Origin: Oikopleura dioica
Lineage: Eukaryota; Animalia; Chordata
Direction of reading: 5' to 3'
Length of the DNA: 64,000 nucleotides
Assembly: GCA_907165135.1 (NCBI GenBank)
Contig: OU015567.1
Location: forward strand, 2,232,001 to 2,296,000
Positions within the stretch are counted from its first letter, which is position 1. The number at the start of each line of letters is the position of its first letter. A model generated the notes under the pieces. It saw only the letters and a program-made list of their open reading frames with translations. It did not search any database and had not been told where the DNA came from. This document shows positions 59,046 to 64,000 of the stretch, piece after piece. The position numbers and the translations under genes were made by a program.

Positions 59046-59964
59046 CTGGAAAGAAGATGACCAGGTTAATTGAGGAAGATAAACTTGTGGTCGACGAAAG
59101 ATGATTAGTTTTATAACAAGAAATGGGATTTTCTTTAATTTGACTCGAAGATTAAATTGCTGCATGGATATGATGAATCAAAGAGTTTTCTCTTTGAAAA
59201 TAAAATCCCGAAGAGCCAAACTTATGGGTCCCATACGGGCCATATAGGGCCATAATGCACTTTTTTTATCTTTTTTTAGATAGATCTGTAAAATTTTCAT
59301 TTTTGATGTCATATTTGCAGCTACGAGTATTTATAAGATTCGGAAGGAATAATCTCAGAATTTCTGATTCAGAAAAAATAAATACATGTTATTTTCTTTC
59401 AGCGAAAACATACAGTAAATTTAAAAAAGATAACATTGACAGTTCTCTTATGGTATTTATTTAGAGAGGTTCCTCAAATCGTCTTAAAATTTTGGCAATT
59501 ATGAAATTGGAATTTTATATTTTTTGGTCAAAAAAGTCAACTTTTCGACGGAACTTTTTTTTGTTCTAATAAACCTTTCACGCGAGCTGTGGTAAAAATT
59601 CCTTGAAGGCGTAATTACGATCAAACGATTCCGAAAATAACGTGTCGACCTTTGACATGAGAGACGAGGAAAAATTCGTGAAAATTTTTACGATTTGTCG
59701 AATCAAAAGGGTGTTTAAGCTCTAGTTGCTTCCTCCAGGGCTTCATGGAGCCTGCTGCTGGCATTTTTATTAGCGCGGGAAGGGTAGAAGCGAACTGGGT
59801 GGGAGAGGAATTTCTAGGAAATGGAGAAGGAAATAGTTGCGGGAAAAGGGCTATAAAAATGTTTTGGAGGGTTTCAACCAGTAAAAAAATAAAAAAAACT
59901 AAAGTTTGAAGAAAAATATAATAATTTTTATTGAGAAAGATTTTAAAAAGTTCTAGTTTTTAAG

Positions 59965-60816
59965 TCAAATTCCAGCATTTATTATTTTCCAACTATCATC
60001 CCATAATTGAAATTGTTTCTTCTCAAAAATATTCGCCGAGAAGCCATGATATCCGACACTGGAGTCCGTTTTGAAGGAAATCCGCAGCATCGATTTTCGT
60101 GGCACTTCAAAAAAGATCCCACCCATCGGCAGCCTAAAAACGTCAATTCTCAACTCTTCGTTCTTCTTCTCCACAAATTCGATGCTCGCTTCTGAGAAGA
60201 AATGAGCAGTTAAGCCGCAAATGATGAATTCGTAAATTTGAGACTTTTCATTTGAAATTGTGAATTGAAGAGAATCTAGTCCGCAATTGTCGAATTTTTC
60301 AATGGCGAATTTTTCGATGAAAATTTGAAAGCCAGTGTCAAAGTCGTCATAAATAAACTGAAAAGATAATAAGAAAAATTTTTCTTGAATTTTTCTAAAA
60401 AGAAAAAACCATAACCCTAACCCGAATTTCGGGAAGTGTCTGGAACCGACAAAAAAATTCGACAAATTTTGCATGGAAATTTTCAACCAATCAGAAGCCT
60501 GGATTCGGCTTAGCGGCCGATAAGCAGCCGAGTAGCCGCCTACGCAAAATTTGTCGAATTTTTTTTGTTGGTTCCAGACACCATCCCCCTAATTTAACCC
60601 TAACCATAACCTTACCCAGTCACAGAAGAGATCATTTTCGTATGGAACTGTCCAGAAGATCTTTTCAGGAAGGCACCAAAGAGGCGGCTCTGGATAATGA
60701 CCATTTATAGAAGAAATTTTTAAATCATCATTTCTATCTCTAATCAAGCAACTCTTCGAATTACTCTTCGGAAATTCTCCCTCGACAAAAGTGAAAAATA
60801 CCATAACAAGCTTCAT
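59965..60816 (-). CDS. Secreted single-CUB-domain protein
   Basis: Signal MKLVMVFFTFVEG; CDW-FIYD...FAIEKFDNCGLDSLQF...ISFKTDSSVGYHGFSA CUB pattern. Confidence 0.65.
60436..60581. mobile_element. ~146-bp intronic MITE-like element flanked by CCTAAC/CCATAAC motifs
   Basis: About 37-bp inverted termini GTGTCTGGAACC(G/A)ACAAAAAAATTCGACAAATTTTGC, inside the CUB gene intron (about 60360-60614). Confidence 0.65.
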
Positions 60817-61099
60817 TCTGACAATCAAAAAGACAGAAAAGCAAGGTTGAGAACATCGTTTTTCTTCGAAGCGTAGCTAGTAAAAACTTCAAAAAAGCTC
60901 AAGAAACAGATGCCAAGCAGAAGGTCACGCAAATAAAAACCGGATGTCCTCTCCGCCGGAATTTTCGAAATTCGCCTTTTGCCAGAAATTAAAGGACGAA
61001 TATACAAATCATATCCGGCGACGAGCCTCAATAGAGTTGCATAAGGGACCGGACGGATATATCTAAAGTGGCTCGACAGGGTGCCGAGAATTAGGCCCT

Positions 61100-63400
61100 T
61101 TGTCTGTAGTTCTTGGAAACCTAACGCGGGTTTTCGTTCTTTAAGGGTATACGCACTCTAAAAGAACGATTTTCCAGCGAAGTTTTCAGGATTTTTTAAT
61201 TTTCTTTTGAAAATTTTTTTGATCTTTTTTGTCTAAAATGGCGATTTTCATCAATTTTTTATCAAAAAACGAGGGTTGCGTAACTAAAGAGGCTATCGAT
61301 CTTCCTTGGTGCAGAAAATAATCCAACCTTGCTATCGATATCAATCAACTAAAAAGTTTCTCCCTCTGTGAGCTGGATCGCATCGTCTTAACTCCGGAAA
61401 TCTTGTCGATAAATCCGCTGGATCCAGACCAAATACCGGATTTGGCAGAAGAGCAGGTTTCTTTGATATTTTTTTGAGTATTTGAGAGTTAAAATCAAGG
61501 CCAAGGAGGGTTTAAGGGAATCCCCCGTTAAGCAATTAGCAGTTTTTCTGTCTCAAAAAGAAGATTCTCTCAAGCGATTGAACTGCAGGTGAAATTCTAT
61601 AAGATGATTGAGGGTTCACGTAATTTAGCGCTAAGGGCGTCCCCTCTGTACTTCTGAAAGGGCTTTCAGAAGTGCATTTGAAGCACTTTTCACTTGTCAT
61701 TTTGGTATTATTGAGCGGCGCCCAGTTTTGGGTACTTCAGTACTTGTCAAAATTGAACACCACAGATATGCATACCGCCATTTGCTCAAGCTCGCATCCT
61801 GTGTGAATACTCTTGCATACTCGAAGGAAAAGAAAAGAAAATAGACTGTGTCGGCGAAATCCTTTGCGGCGGAGGTTTAAAATTGACAGAAAAAAAACCG
61901 CCGAAAACATTTGACATCCTCCGAGTATCGGCTTTCCGAAAAGACAGTTCCCTGGCAGATACGGTGTTTGAAATCGTAACTCTTTGTTTGCACGAGGAAA
62001 TGATTGTTCAATAAGCAAAAAAGGGGAACTCTTTTGGTCTTTACGGAAATTTAAGGGGGTGCACACCGGTTTTTCAAACGAGGTTATCGTCTTCTGAATA
62101 AAGGGAGGGGAGCCCTTTTTTAATATTTTTATCTTTTATCATTTTTTAGAGTTGTCTTTCTAAATAATTTTGAGAAAAATGACGCTTATCATTTAAACTT
62201 CCGTTTTCCCATCCTTCTCCCGGGCGGAAATCCAAAGGGATAATCCAGCATTAGATGCTCTTTAGTTTAAACTCTTTTATGATAATTATATCAAAATGAG
62301 TTTGAGAGAAATTTTTTTTTTAGAAAATTGAAGATTTTGAGCTCTAAAATTGACGTCAATTATACCGGAAGTATCCTCTTATATTGAAAAAGCCCTTTTA
62401 TAATTTTTTGTCTGGCAGACAATGATAAAAAAGGTTCAACGACACGAAGATAAAGTATCTGCTACAGTAGCGGTTGATAATTCAGGGAGATCAGTTCAGG
62501 GCGTTCTTCTTTAGGAGTTATTACAGTGACGACCTTATCTAAGGGAGCCTCTACGCAAGTTGAACTTTCGAGCTGATATTTAGCATAAATTGAGCCCGAA
62601 GATCTGTATGAAAATCCCCAAGCAATGCGCATCGGTTAATTCCGTCTGAAGTGTTTCTTCAAACGAAACTCGCCATGGCTCGATGATTTTGAAAATCCAG
62701 AATTTGCGAAATTTTCGCCAAATTCCTAAGCTGCTTATCAACAAATCCCAAATCCCATAATTGGGATTGTTTTTTGGATAACAGGCACTTGAGGACCCCC
62801 AAGTGGAAAAGCTCTTATTTTCGTTTGAAAAACAGGAATTAATGCTAATTGTAGAAATCTTGTTGGTCCGCGAAATGACGTTAATCAATTTCATCATCAT
62901 TATTTTTTGAAGAGAATAGTAGCATTGCATTTCTTTTGCCACAAACGAGGGGATAGAAGAATCCGTGATTGCAGGCCGTTGATGCTGTTGAACTAGCCTC
63001 TCAAATTACGAAAAGTAACGAAACACCCTTAATCTAGCGACCAAATAACAGGTTTGTTTCGGTTGCAAATCATCCTCGAAAAACATCAGAAGAACTTCGA
63101 TGTAAGCAAATTTTTCTTTATCAAAAAAATTGCATTTTTTATCGTCAGAAATCCCCTTTTCGTGAAAATTTCATAAGACATCTAAGCAGTTTGACGTCAA
63201 TTCACAAAGTTCTAAAAGAAAAAATTTTTTTGATAAACATTTAATGAGCTTCCGACTTTTTTTATCTTCGACGGAAAGGGTTAAGAAACGGAAGTTTAGC
63301 GGTTTATGATTATCTTAATTCTTTTATTAATACACTTGTCTTTCCCCTAGCAACATTTTTGAATCGATTTCTGTAACGAAGGAAAAACTGGATTAGGGAG
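61100..63400. other. Degenerate repeat-derived or pseudogenic sequence with further TAAGGG motifs
   Basis: TAAGGG-type hits near 61143, 61514, 61632, 62051, 62540, 63022; short broken coding-like frames; no intact gene recognised. Confidence 0.3.
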
Positions 63401-64000
63401 CTTATTTTTGCCCCGCTCATTGTCCGTAACATTTCATCCGGATCTGCGCTATTCGGACAACATCTGACATCCAGTTGCCCTTTCATGCTTCCTTGCTGAG
63501 GAAGAGAAACAAAGCTTGTTGTCATTATTTATTAAATATTCAGTTTTTATTGTGAAGTGAGCGGGAAACTGTTGTTTTCATACTATACTGAAGTAATGTC
63601 TGTCAATTCTGAAACACTGTTTTTATGACACCCAGACTTAATTACCAGATACCCTTAGCTAAATAATTGACGACAGGTTGTCGACTAGATAATAATACTG
63701 TCAGTCCAAATGGAGACGGAAAATATTCTTAAATTTTCCGATTTTTTGTCAGATTTTTGACATTTTTATCGATAAATTGGTGATTTTAGATTTTCAGCCA
63801 ATCCAAAGCCCGCATTCAACTTATTCTTCCAATCAGATTTATCAAAGTCTCCTTTGAAAATCATTAAGTAAAATTGGTTTCAGAAACTCATTTTTTTTGA
63901 TAAATTTTTGAAAAAGCCTCAAATTACCGACATCGTTTATTTCAAATCTTGGGTCTTGTTTGACCCTGGCTCCGTTAACCCGTGCTCCAAACTTGATCTT

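Overview
Eukaryotic, intron-containing, very compact animal DNA. Most introns are about 40 bp, intergenic gaps are 100-400 bp, and the gene content is chordate-like (class A GPCR, MuRF-type TRIM, ARSK, HYKK, EGF, CUB, F5/8 domains). This best fits a larvacean tunicate such as Oikopleura, but that is inference, not verified. The window holds about 20 spliced genes, including NDUFS2, PPIL1, an SLC17 transporter, ARSK, HYKK, a RhoGEF and two tandem Cys-repeat/kelch-like secreted genes. It also carries two inverted copies of one Ty3/gypsy LTR retrotransposon: one complete at 11732-18140 with nearly identical 256-bp LTRs, one running off the left edge. At least seven non-autonomous TIR elements are present. 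Main observations: (1) an atypical protein kinase followed by a domain with papain-like Q/C/H/N catalytic spacing; (2) four protein-coding exons each split by a different transposon, each empty site rebuilding an in-frame ORF; (3) a candidate Cys-rich amidated peptide precursor directly downstream of a peptide-type GPCR; (4) LTRs that begin TA rather than TG, with a plant-type iMet PBS and a mosaic relationship between the two copies; (5) a 6.1-kb RhoGEF intron strewn with a TAAGGGYRTCA motif. Exon models were assembled by eye and many boundaries are approximate. No database searches were run.
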